This document shows, piece by piece, positions 29,721 through 39,200 of a stretch of DNA of 64,000 nucleotides. Location: the NCBI GenBank assembly GCA_964391315.1, contig CAYMJR010000004.1, forward strand, positions 10,261-74,260. Reading direction: 5' to 3'. A model generated the notes under the pieces. That model was not told the origin of the DNA, ran no database searches, and was given only the letters and a program-made list of their open reading frames with translations. The translations under genes and the position numbers were made by a program. The DNA comes from an uncultured Gammaproteobacteria bacterium. Lineage in GTDB: Bacteria > Patescibacteriota > Microgenomatia > Levybacterales > UBA12049. The number at the start of each line of letters is the position of its first letter. Positions within the stretch are counted from its first letter, which is position 1.

Positions 29721-31331
29721 ATGAATAAAAAACAAGATTACGTAAAGGTTGCATCATATGAAGGCAAAAAAGGAGAAGTTAAAAAAGTTGTCCTTCTTTA
29801 CTCCGGTGGCCTCGATACCTCAGTAATGCTCAAATGGATTCAAGATGAATACAAAGCAGAAGTTATCGCTCTCACCATTGATATTGGACAAATTGTTGAT
29901 GACCTAGATGAAATTAAGAAAAAAGCTATTAAACTTGGCGCAGTAAAAGCACTTGTTGTCGACGCAAAAGATGAATTTGCAAACGAATACATCTCAAGAG
30001 GTATTAAAGCAAATGCTAACTACCAACATCGCTACAGACTCGCAACACCACTTGGTCGACCTCTCCTTGCAAAATGGGCAGTAAAGATTGCTGCACAAGA
30101 AGGTGCGGACGCAATTGCTCACGGCTGCACAGGCCGGGGTAACGACCAAGTCCGAATTGAGGGAACAGCACTGGCACTTAATCCTGACATTAAAATTATC
30201 GCACCAGTTCGGGAATGGAGTATGGGAAGACTTGAAGAAATCGAATACGCAAAGAAGAATGGTATTCCAGTCAGTCACTCTGTTGAAAAACCTTATTCTT
30301 ATGACGACAACATGTGGGGCACATCAGGTGAAGGTGGAGAAGTAGAAAATCCAGCAATTGTCCCACCACTTGAGAAGATATTGGTGGTAAACAAACTTCC
30401 ACAAGACGCACCAAACACACCAGAAATGGTAGAACTCGAATTTGTCAAAGGTATTCCTGTTGCACTCAATGGCAAACAAATGAAGCTATCCGAACTGATT
30501 ATGACCTTGAATAAAATTGGTGCTAAACACGGTGTTGGAACCAATGTCCATATTGAAGACCGAATCATTGGTATGAAAATTCGAGATGTCTTTGAAGCGC
30601 CAGCTGCAGAAATCATCATCACAGCACATGAAAAGCTTGAGCACTATGTCTGCACTGGAATAGAAAATGAATTTAAAGCAGGGGTTGATCGCAAATGGGC
30701 ATACATGTGTTACGGTGCTCTCTGGTATGACCCGCTGATGAGCGACTTAAACGCATTTATTGACAATGTAAATCAGAAAGTAACCGGAAAAGTAAAAGTA
30801 CAGCTCTATAAAGGTGTTGCACAAGTTTTGGCTCTTGAAACACCAAACACCATCTTTGAAGAAAAACTTGCAACCTTCATGGTCTCTGAAGGACTCAACC
30901 AAAATGCATCCGCAGGATTTATTGAATTATATACACTTCCGATGAGACAGGCACAAAGAGGCGAAAAGACTGCACTTATCTCAATTGGAAAAAGAAATAA
31001 TAAAGTGAAACTCTTACCAACAATCAAGAGACTTCATGATATGGGTTACAAGCTGTATGCAACGTACAAAACACACAAGTTCTTAAAGACCAATGGAATC
31101 GAAACTATCCTTGTAAATAAAATCTCACAACCTCACTTGAAACCAAATCTTGGCGAGCTTCTTGATGCCAACAGATTTGATCTTGTTATCAATATCCCGA
31201 TGGATCGACAAGTAACACAAACAGACGGTAAACTCATTCGACAGAAAACAGTCGAACACAACGTTCCTCTTATCACCAGTGTGCCAGTAGCACAGGAGTT
31301 TATCAAAAAGCTCCAGGCAGCAAAAGTATAG
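29721..31331 (+). CDS. argG: Argininosuccinate synthase fused to a C-terminal MGS-like domain
   Basis: VVLLYSGGLDTS and AHGCTGRGNDQVR form the ArgG core (~aa 20-410). Residues ~414-536 (nt 30960-31328) align by eye to the C-terminal allosteric domain of CarB in this window (LYATYKTHKFLKTNGIE..DLVINIP vs IYATEKTFKFLNRNGIR..DLVINVV). Confidence 0.9.
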   Translation: MNKKQDYVKVASYEGKKGEVKKVVLLYSGGLDTSVMLKWIQDEYKAEVIALTIDIGQIVDDLDEIKKKAIKLGAVKALVVDAKDEFANEYISRGIKANANYQHRYRLATPLGRPLLAKWAVKIAAQEGADAIAHGCTGRGNDQVRIEGTALALNPDIKIIAPVREWSMGRLEEIEYAKKNGIPVSHSVEKPYSYDDNMWGTSGEGGEVENPAIVPPLEKILVVNKLPQDAPNTPEMVELEFVKGIPVALNGKQMKLSELIMTLNKIGAKHGVGTNVHIEDRIIGMKIRDVFEAPAAEIIITAHEKLEHYVCTGIENEFKAGVDRKWAYMCYGALWYDPLMSDLNAFIDNVNQKVTGKVKVQLYKGVAQVLALETPNTIFEEKLATFMVSEGLNQNASAGFIELYTLPMRQAQRGEKTALISIGKRNNKVKLLPTIKRLHDMGYKLYATYKTHKFLKTNGIETILVNKISQPHLKPNLGELLDANRFDLVINIPMDRQVTQTDGKLIRQKTVEHNVPLITSVPVAQEFIKKLQAAKV

Positions 31332-31332
31332 G

Positions 31333-32145
31333 ATGAAACAAAAAACCATCAAATCCGTTCTGATGTGTAAACCTCTCCATTTCTCTGTTGATTATATTAT
31401 CAATCCATGGATGAAGCTGGGAACTGTTGATACCAACAATGCTCTCAAGCAATGGGACGAGCTTGTTAAAATATATGAAAATCAAAATATAAAAGTTGAA
31501 ATTATTGAACAAGTAAAAGGCCTGCCTGATATGGTTTGGGCAACAGATCAGGGAATTATCCATAATAGTAAAGTACTACTCAGTCATTTTTGGTATCGAG
31601 AGCGCCAAAACGAAACGGATTATTATAAAGCCTGGTTTGAAAAAAAAGGTTATGAAATTGAATATTTACCACCGGGTGCGTATTTTGAAGGCAATGGCGA
31701 CTCATATTTCTGGAAGGACAAATTACTTGTTGGAGTAGGGTATAGGGCAGACGACTACTCCTGCGAAGCAGTGAGTAAAGCACTGAATATCGAAGTAGTT
31801 CCAGTCTATATAACAGACCCGAAGTTTTATCATCTTGATGTCGGATTTCTTCCCATCAATGAAGATACTGCGTTTTATTATCCAAAAGCATTTGATAGAC
31901 AGAGTAGGGAAGTACTCAAAAAATTAATTCATAATCTCATTGAATTTTCAAAAGAAGAGGCCATGGGATTTTGTGCCAATAGTATTGTTTCAGGCAACAA
32001 TGTCATTCATCAATCAGGCAATCCAACATTTACTGAGAAGCTTACTAAATTAGGTTACAATTCAATCGATGTTGATCTCTCAGAGTTTAAAAAATCTGGT
32101 GGAGGAGCACACTGTTTGACCAATATCCTTTCATATAAACAATAA
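31333..32145 (+). CDS. Guanidino-group-modifying (amidinotransferase/DDAH/arginine-deiminase-like) superfamily enzyme
   Basis: FYHLDVGF and the C-terminal catalytic-Cys context SGGGAHCLTN. The ATG is 1 nt after the argG stop. Confidence 0.6.
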   Translation: MKQKTIKSVLMCKPLHFSVDYIINPWMKLGTVDTNNALKQWDELVKIYENQNIKVEIIEQVKGLPDMVWATDQGIIHNSKVLLSHFWYRERQNETDYYKAWFEKKGYEIEYLPPGAYFEGNGDSYFWKDKLLVGVGYRADDYSCEAVSKALNIEVVPVYITDPKFYHLDVGFLPINEDTAFYYPKAFDRQSREVLKKLIHNLIEFSKEEAMGFCANSIVSGNNVIHQSGNPTFTEKLTKLGYNSIDVDLSEFKKSGGGAHCLTNILSYKQ

Positions 32146-32172
32146 TTATAGTTTCTCAGCTATAATAGAGAA

Positions 32173-33057
32173 ATGAAAAATCAAACGAAAGGAATTCTTG
32201 CACTTTTTATCCTAGCATTTGTTTTCTCCACATTCGGAGTTTTTAATCGATATCTCAGTCAAACCTTTTCACCATTTCAGGTACAATACCTGCGAGTTTT
32301 TGTCGCACTCCTTCTCACATTTTTTATCTTCTTTAAAAATCTCAATTTTAAAAAAATTATTACTCTGCCAAAAAAAGAATGGCTTATTTTAGCAATAAGA
32401 GGTGTAGGTTTCTACGCATTTGCAGGAGCATTGAATATTGAATCGTTTAATCTGACAACATACAGTAATGTTTCCTTCTTACAAGCAATTCCAACAACAG
32501 CCTTATTGGCGATGCTTTTTTTACAAGAAAAGGTAACAATAAAAAAAGTAGCGATTATTTTTCTCGCCTTTATTGGTGTACTTTTTATTTCATCCACAGA
32601 CCTCACTCACGCTTTTGTATGGGGAAAAGGAGCAATTCTTGCCCTCATTGCCGATCTTCTTTTCTCTCTTCTGTATATCTCCCGTAGATGGCATTCCAAT
32701 ATATTAAATAACCAGGAAATTACCTTTATGATTTTTGTTTTTGGTTTTATCACGCTCTTTATTTCGTCACTATTCTTTTTTGACAAAAACCTTCCCATCA
32801 CCGGATGGAGCATGACATACCTATTTGTTATCATGCTCTCTGCTGTCTTTATGGTTGCAAATCAATTTCTTGTTAATTACGGATTTCAATATGTTGAACC
32901 TTTCCTGGCAAATAATATTCTTGCACTTGAAAGCATCTTTGCACTTTGTATCGGCTTCTTTTTATATAAAGAATTCCCTTCATTCCAAGCCTTACTAGGA
33001 AGCGCTTTTATTCTCCTTAGTGTTCCACTGATGGGTAAAGCAGAAGAGAAAACTTAA
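32173..33057 (+). CDS. EamA/DMT-superfamily transporter
   Basis: 294 aa, about 10 TM helices in two EamA-like halves. Confidence 0.7.
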   Translation: MKNQTKGILALFILAFVFSTFGVFNRYLSQTFSPFQVQYLRVFVALLLTFFIFFKNLNFKKIITLPKKEWLILAIRGVGFYAFAGALNIESFNLTTYSNVSFLQAIPTTALLAMLFLQEKVTIKKVAIIFLAFIGVLFISSTDLTHAFVWGKGAILALIADLLFSLLYISRRWHSNILNNQEITFMIFVFGFITLFISSLFFFDKNLPITGWSMTYLFVIMLSAVFMVANQFLVNYGFQYVEPFLANNILALESIFALCIGFFLYKEFPSFQALLGSAFILLSVPLMGKAEEKT

Positions 33058-34049
33058 ACTCCGAGGACTTTTCTCCCATTTGCTGTGGCAATTTTTACTA
33101 GTTCATCAATTTCTAAAAATCGATTGCCTGTTGCGAGAAGCAAAAGCTCCTGCCACATGTTTCCATCGCAAAAAGGCACCATATAATCACAAATATTGTC
33201 TGTTCCCAATGCAACAGTAACACCAGCAGATACTAATTCGTCAACGGGAGTGATTGAATTGTGAACAGGTTGCAATGTCTCAGATCTTTTTGTATCAATC
33301 CAGGCAATCGGACAAGAGATCATCATAAGCTCAGCTTCTACCATTTTCTTATATACTTTTTGTCGATATTCTTTTGGATGCGAACCTAACGAAATTCCGT
33401 GAATCGCCACAACTTTCCCCTGCATACCATATTCAATCGTTTTGTCTGCCAGAAGTTCTGTCTCTTTATCGTTAACAGTACTAAACTGATCTACATGTAC
33501 ATGAACCATCTTATGATATTTCTTTGCAGTCTCTAGGAGGATATTGATATGCTCTGCACCTTTACCATAATCTCGTTCATCTCTTTTTGGAAGACCGCCA
33601 ATGATATCAACAGACTCTGCGGCAATATCAAACCATTTACGAGCATCCTTATGAATAACACCTTTTAGCACCTGATTTATTAATTTCACTGTTAACTGAT
33701 CTTTATAATGCTCACGAGCTTTCAAAACACCTTTGAGAGCTCTCTCTTCACAAACAGGATCGACATCGACAAAAGAGCCAACTGCTGTTACTCCTTGATC
33801 AATCATGACTTCAAAAGCAAGAGAAGCACGACGATAGTATTCATCAACTGAGGCATTCTTTACCTCATCCACAAGATCCCATTTTTCTTCGAGCGAATGT
33901 TTTTTATAAATATCCAATGTGTTTGGATTAACGGTAAAGGCTCGATCTACATGTGCATGACTGTTAACCCAACCGCCATTTTTCTTAATTTCTTCAATGA
34001 TTAATTTCTTGAAGTTCCATGTTGTATCAGGTAATTTTTGCTGTACCAT
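33054..34049 (-). CDS. Cytosine-deaminase-like amidohydrolase
   Basis: Trimmed to MVQQKLPD (ATG at 34049). Metal ligands follow the bacterial CodA-family layout: NSHAHVDRAF, HVHVDQ, AIHGISL, GTDNICD. Confidence 0.65.
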   Translation of the reverse strand: MVQQKLPDTTWNFKKLIIEEIKKNGGWVNSHAHVDRAFTVNPNTLDIYKKHSLEEKWDLVDEVKNASVDEYYRRASLAFEVMIDQGVTAVGSFVDVDPVCEERALKGVLKAREHYKDQLTVKLINQVLKGVIHKDARKWFDIAAESVDIIGGLPKRDERDYGKGAEHINILLETAKKYHKMVHVHVDQFSTVNDKETELLADKTIEYGMQGKVVAIHGISLGSHPKEYRQKVYKKMVEAELMMISCPIAWIDTKRSETLQPVHNSITPVDELVSAGVTVALGTDNICDYMVPFCDGNMWQELLLLATGNRFLEIDELVKIATANGRKVLGV

Positions 34050-34180
34050 TGAGGCTATTATAGAATGTACAAAAATCCAATGCAAGGGGATTTTTTAAGA
34101 AAAATGAGCATAAATTGGGCTATTTTGATCAATTTTTTCAATAAAATAGCCAAAAAACACAATTTCTTACAAAATAACCA

Positions 34181-34209
34181 TTGACCAGCATACCACTTTT
34201 TGATAAACT
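34181..34209 (+). promoter_or_regulatory. Candidate promoter of the pyr operon
   Basis: TTGACC (34181-86), a 17-nt spacer, then TAAACT (34204-09). Motif match only. Confidence 0.35.
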
Positions 34210-34214
34210 AGTGT

Positions 34215-34243
34215 TCCAGAGCACCAAAAACTCTGGATTTTTT
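34215..34243 (+). terminator. Leader hairpin + T6 directly abutting the pyrB start (candidate attenuator)
   Basis: tccagag (34215-21), a 9-nt loop, ctctgga (34231-37), then TTTTTT (34238-43), then ATG at 34244. Confidence 0.4.
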
Positions 34244-35215
34244 ATGCCAAGTACGGATATAAAAATAGACGGAAACTTCAAAGGAAAAGACATCCTCTCG
34301 CTTGATCAGTTCTCTTCAAAAGATTTAGAAATTCTCTTTACGGTAACAAAGCACATGAAAGATATTGCTTCCAATGCAAAGCCTTCTGATATCTTAAAAG
34401 GTAATATCGTCACCCTTCTTTTCTATGAACCATCTAGTCGTACATTTGGTTCGTTTGCAGCAGCTGTAAAGCAGTTAGGTGGACAAACTGTTGAAATCCA
34501 AGACCCCCAACATTTTTCCTCGGTATCCAAAGGTGAAACACTTGAAGATACCATCCGGGTGTTTGAAGCATACTCAGACGCAATTGTTATTCGCCACCCA
34601 GTCAAAGGAACAGCACAACAAGCAGCAGACGCTGCTTTTTTTGTACCTATTCTTAATGCAGGAGATGGAATCGGTGAGCATCCAACACAGGCTCTTCTCG
34701 ATATGTTTACTATTTATGAAAAAACAGGCAAATTAGATAATCTCACCGGTGTCATGGCTGGTGATATGCTTAATGGAAGAACTGTCCATTCCCTTATTCG
34801 TGCATTGTCGCTTTATAAAAATATTACTCTTTATCTGTTATCTCCTGAAGAATTGAAACTCTCCCGTGAAGACTTTAATGCATTCCAAGCAAAAGGCATT
34901 AAGCTTATTGAAATAAATAGCGACAAAGATATGCCTGAAAATGCTGACTTTTGGTACTGGACCCGCGTACAGAAAGAACGCTTTAAAAACTTAGAAGATT
35001 ATGAAAAAGTAAAAAATAGATTTATCGTAACCCCTCAACTTATGAAAGAAAAGGCAGGGAAAAATACTATTCTTATGCACCCACTTCCACGAGTAGGGGA
35101 GATTGAAACAGCAGTTGATACAGATGAACGGGCCGTATATCTTCGATCTGAAATTCGAAATGGTATGTATGTTCGTATGGCACTTTTAGCTTTAGTCCTC
35201 GGTAAAATTACCTAA
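34244..35215 (+). CDS. pyrB: Aspartate carbamoyltransferase catalytic subunit
   Basis: Trimmed to MPSTDIK (the track start at 34181 is TTG). FYEPSSRTFGSF, HPTQALLD and the HPLPRV motifs are present. Confidence 0.9.
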   Translation: MPSTDIKIDGNFKGKDILSLDQFSSKDLEILFTVTKHMKDIASNAKPSDILKGNIVTLLFYEPSSRTFGSFAAAVKQLGGQTVEIQDPQHFSSVSKGETLEDTIRVFEAYSDAIVIRHPVKGTAQQAADAAFFVPILNAGDGIGEHPTQALLDMFTIYEKTGKLDNLTGVMAGDMLNGRTVHSLIRALSLYKNITLYLLSPEELKLSREDFNAFQAKGIKLIEINSDKDMPENADFWYWTRVQKERFKNLEDYEKVKNRFIVTPQLMKEKAGKNTILMHPLPRVGEIETAVDTDERAVYLRSEIRNGMYVRMALLALVLGKIT

Positions 35216-35229
35216 TAAAATGCAAAACT

Positions 35230-36270
35230 ATGAACGGAAAACTATTTCTTTCTGACGGCACAAAAATAGAGGGCACTTCATATGGGCATCATCAATCTGT
35301 TGCCGGAGAGGTGGTTTTTGCAACAGGTATGGTTGGCTATCCTGAAGCACTCACTGACCCTTCCTTCAAAGGACAAATCTTAGTCCTCACATACCCAATT
35401 CTTGGCAGTTATGGCATTCCTGATAAAAACTTATGGGAGTCTGACCGCATTCAAGTCGCAGGGCTTATTGTAAGCGACTACATTGACACACCGTCCCATT
35501 TCCAAAGTACCATGACGCTTGGGCAATGGTTCCAAAATGAAGAAGTACCACTTCTTGAAATTAAAGAGACACGGTTTTTGACACAAAAAATTAGAGAAGA
35601 GGGGAGTATGCTTGGAAAAATTGTCATTGAGAAAGAGGTAGCCGACTATGATCCAAATCTCGATAATCTTGTCGCACAAGTTTCACCTAAAGCAGTAACA
35701 ACACAAGGTAGCGGAGAAAAAACAATTATCCTTTTAGATTGCGGTGCCAAAGAAAATATCAAACGCTGTTTTCTGAAGAGGGGAGTGAGAGTCATCCATG
35801 CACCCTGGGATTTTGATCCATTTGATAAAAATAACAAAGAAAAATTTGATGCACTATTTATCTCCAACGGTCCGGGAGATCCCAAACTGGCTGACAAAAC
35901 AATCGCAACAGTTAAAAAAGCATTGGAAAATAGGATTCCAACATTGGGAATTTGTCTTGGAAATCAAATCCTTGCACTTGCCGCAGGAGGGGATACATAT
36001 AAACTGAAATATGGCCACCGAAGCCAAAACCAGCCATGCATTATGCAGGGAACCAGCCGTTGTTACATTACTACTCAAAATCATGGATTTGCCATAGGCG
36101 ATGTACCAGAAGGATTTAAGCCCTGGTTTGTCAACGCAAATGATAATACCGTCGAGGGAATTATCCATAACAAACATCCTTTTATGTCTGTGCAGTTTCA
36201 TCCAGAAGCCACACCCGGACCTAAAGATACTGAATGGGTATTTGATTATTTTCTTGAAAAACTAACATGA
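35230..36270 (+). CDS. carA: Carbamoyl-phosphate synthase small (glutaminase) subunit
   Basis: N-terminal CPSase_sm domain and GATase triad context GICLGNQIL...QFHPE. Confidence 0.9.
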   Translation: MNGKLFLSDGTKIEGTSYGHHQSVAGEVVFATGMVGYPEALTDPSFKGQILVLTYPILGSYGIPDKNLWESDRIQVAGLIVSDYIDTPSHFQSTMTLGQWFQNEEVPLLEIKETRFLTQKIREEGSMLGKIVIEKEVADYDPNLDNLVAQVSPKAVTTQGSGEKTIILLDCGAKENIKRCFLKRGVRVIHAPWDFDPFDKNNKEKFDALFISNGPGDPKLADKTIATVKKALENRIPTLGICLGNQILALAAGGDTYKLKYGHRSQNQPCIMQGTSRCYITTQNHGFAIGDVPEGFKPWFVNANDNTVEGIIHNKHPFMSVQFHPEATPGPKDTEWVFDYFLEKLT

Positions 36271-39200
36271 AAGATATAAAAAAAGTATTAGTATTAGGAT
36301 CAGGAGCTCTCAAAATAGGGGAGGCAGGAGAGTTTGATTACTCAGGTTCTCAGGCAATAAAAGCCTTAAAAGAAGAAGGCAAAAAGATTGTTTTGGTGAA
36401 TCCAAACATCGCGACAATTCAGACTTCAAAAGAACTTGCAGATGAAGTTTATTTTCTACCTGTCACTCCATATTTCGTAGAAAAAATTATCGCTAAAGAA
36501 AAACCAGATGGTATTTTCCTATCCTTCGGCGGACAGACAGCACTGAACTGTGGTATTGCACTACACAAACAAGGTACCCTAAAAAAATATGACGTTCAGA
36601 TTCTTGGAACTCCTATATCCGCAATTATCCTGACCGAAGATCGAGACAAATTTGCAGCACATTTAGGCAAAATTCATATCCCAACCCCCAGATCCCATGC
36701 AGCAGAGACTTTCAAACAAGCACTCGAATTCGCGGATGATATTGGATATCCAGTGATGATCCGCGCAGGCTTCGCACTTGGAGGTCATGGAAGTGGCGTA
36801 GCATTTGATCGCGAACAACTGACCAAAATCGTCAATCGGGCTCTTAATTTTGCTCCGCAAGTACTTATCGAACAATATCTCCATCATTATAAAGAAATTG
36901 AGTACGAGGTCGTCCGAGATAAAGATGATAACTGTATTACAGTCTGCAACATGGAAAATATGGATCCACTTGGTATTCATACAGGAGAATCAGTCGTCGT
37001 CGCACCAAGTCAGACGCTGACCAATAACGAATATCACACCCTTCGAAAAGCATCAATCGATATTGTAAGAAGTCTCGGTATTGTCGGTGAATGCAACGTC
37101 CAATATGCCCTCAACCCAAAACCAAATGGTGAAATTGAGTATTATGTCATCGAAGTCAACGCTAGACTGTCCCGAAGCTCCGCTCTCGCCAGTAAAGCAA
37201 CCGGCTATCCCTTGGCATACGTCGCCGCAAAACTCGCTCTTGGTTACAACCTCACCAATTTGAAAAACAAAGTAACAGGTGTCACTCAAGCGTGCTTTGA
37301 ACCAGCCCTTGATTATATCGTCACCAAAATCCCACGATGGGATCTTGATAAATTCAAAGGCGCAGAACAACGTCTTGGCAGCAGTATGAAATCAGTCGGA
37401 GAAGTCATGGGAATCGGCCGCACTTTTGAAGAAAGTTTTCAAAAAGCTATTCGTATGTTGGACATGGATCAGGAAGGGGCAACTTCTGAAAAATTATTTT
37501 TTGAAAAAACAGATATCCGTGAAACACTCAAAAACCCAACTCCCAAGCGTATGTTCGCAGTCGCCCGTGCGCTAAAAAATAACATTTCTGTTGAAGAAAT
37601 CCACGAACTTTCAGGTATTGATCCCTGGTTTATTAATAGAATCAAAAATATTGTTGATCATGAAGATGATCTCAAGAGGAACAAAAAACTTGATGAGAAG
37701 TCCCTCAGAAAACTCAAACAACTCGGCATATCAGATAAAAGAATAGGGGAGTTGGTTGAAAAAACAGGTCTTGAAATCCGTGAACTTCGAAAGAGATTAC
37801 AGATCACGCCTTCAATTCTGCAAATTGACACACTTGCTGGAGAATTTCCCGCCCAAACAAATTACCTGTATATGACCTACAACGAATCACATTATGATGT
37901 TAAACCATCTGGCCGCGACGCAGTCGTTGTCTTAGGATCAGGTCCTTACCATATCGGCTCATCCGTTGAATTTGACTGGTGTTCAGTTAACACAGTCATG
38001 AATCTCAAAAAATATAACAAGAAATCAATTATTATTAACTGTAATCCAGAAACAGTCTCAACTGATTATGATATTTCAGACAGACTGTATTTTGAAGAAC
38101 TTACGTTTGAGAGAATTGCAGATATTTATGAATACGAGAATCCACTTGGCGCTATCGTATCAGTTGGCGGACAAACACCAAATAACAGAGCACAAGCCCT
38201 GCATAAATACGGAATAAACATTCTTGGGACAAGTCCTGAAAATATTGATAGGGCAGAGAACCGCAACAAGTTTTCGTCACTTCTTGATCAACTGAAGATT
38301 AAGCAACCAGCCTGGAAAGCATTCTCAACATTAAAACAGGCAGAAACATTTGCACAAGAAATCGGCTATCCAGTTCTTATCCGTCCATCCTATGTTCTCT
38401 CAGGAAGCGCAATGAATATCTGTTTTAACAAACAAGATCTCGAAAAATATCTCGAAGAAGCAGCCAGTATTTCTAAAGAATACCCAGTAACCGTATCAAA
38501 ATTCTTTACCAAAGCAATGGAGGTCGAACTTGATGCTGTCGCGCAAAATGGCGAGATGAAAGCAGCAATTATTTCAGAACATGTCGAGTATGCTGGTGTC
38601 CATTCTGGTGATGCAACAATTGTCTTACCTGCACGAACAGTTGATAAAGAGTATCAAGAGCGAATGAAAGAAATTGCAAAACAACTTGCTAAGGCTCTTG
38701 AGATCACTGGACCGTTCAATATCCAATTTTTACTCAAAGATGATGAGATTTCTATTATTGAAACAAACCTTCGTGCATCACGAACCTTTCCATTTATCGC
38801 AAAAGTAACTGGAATCAATCTTATCGAACTGTTTGTCGACGCACTCTTTGGCAAATCAGTGAAAACAGTCACAATCAAACCACTTGATTTCACCGCAGTA
38901 AAAGTCGCTCAATTCTCATTTGCAAGACTTCTGGGTGCGTACCCAAAGCTTGGTGTTGAGATGGCATCAACTGGTGAAGTTGCCTGTTTTGGAAAAGATG
39001 TTGAAGAAGCATATCTCAAAGGAATTCTTGCAACCGGCGGAAAAATTCCTGAAAAAGGAGTCTTTGTCAGTCTTGGAGGAGACCAAAAGAAAAAAGATTT
39101 CTTAGAAAGCTGTAAATTGATTACAAAATTAAACCTTCCAATCTATGCAACAGAAAAAACCTTCAAGTTTCTTAATCGAAACGGAATCCGGGCAACAATG

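Noticed and set aside
33054-33057. Convergent genes share a TTAA in which both stop codons overlap. This also occurs at 52947-52950.
   Set aside because: This is a trivial consequence of tight packing in an AT-rich genome, not a functional signal.
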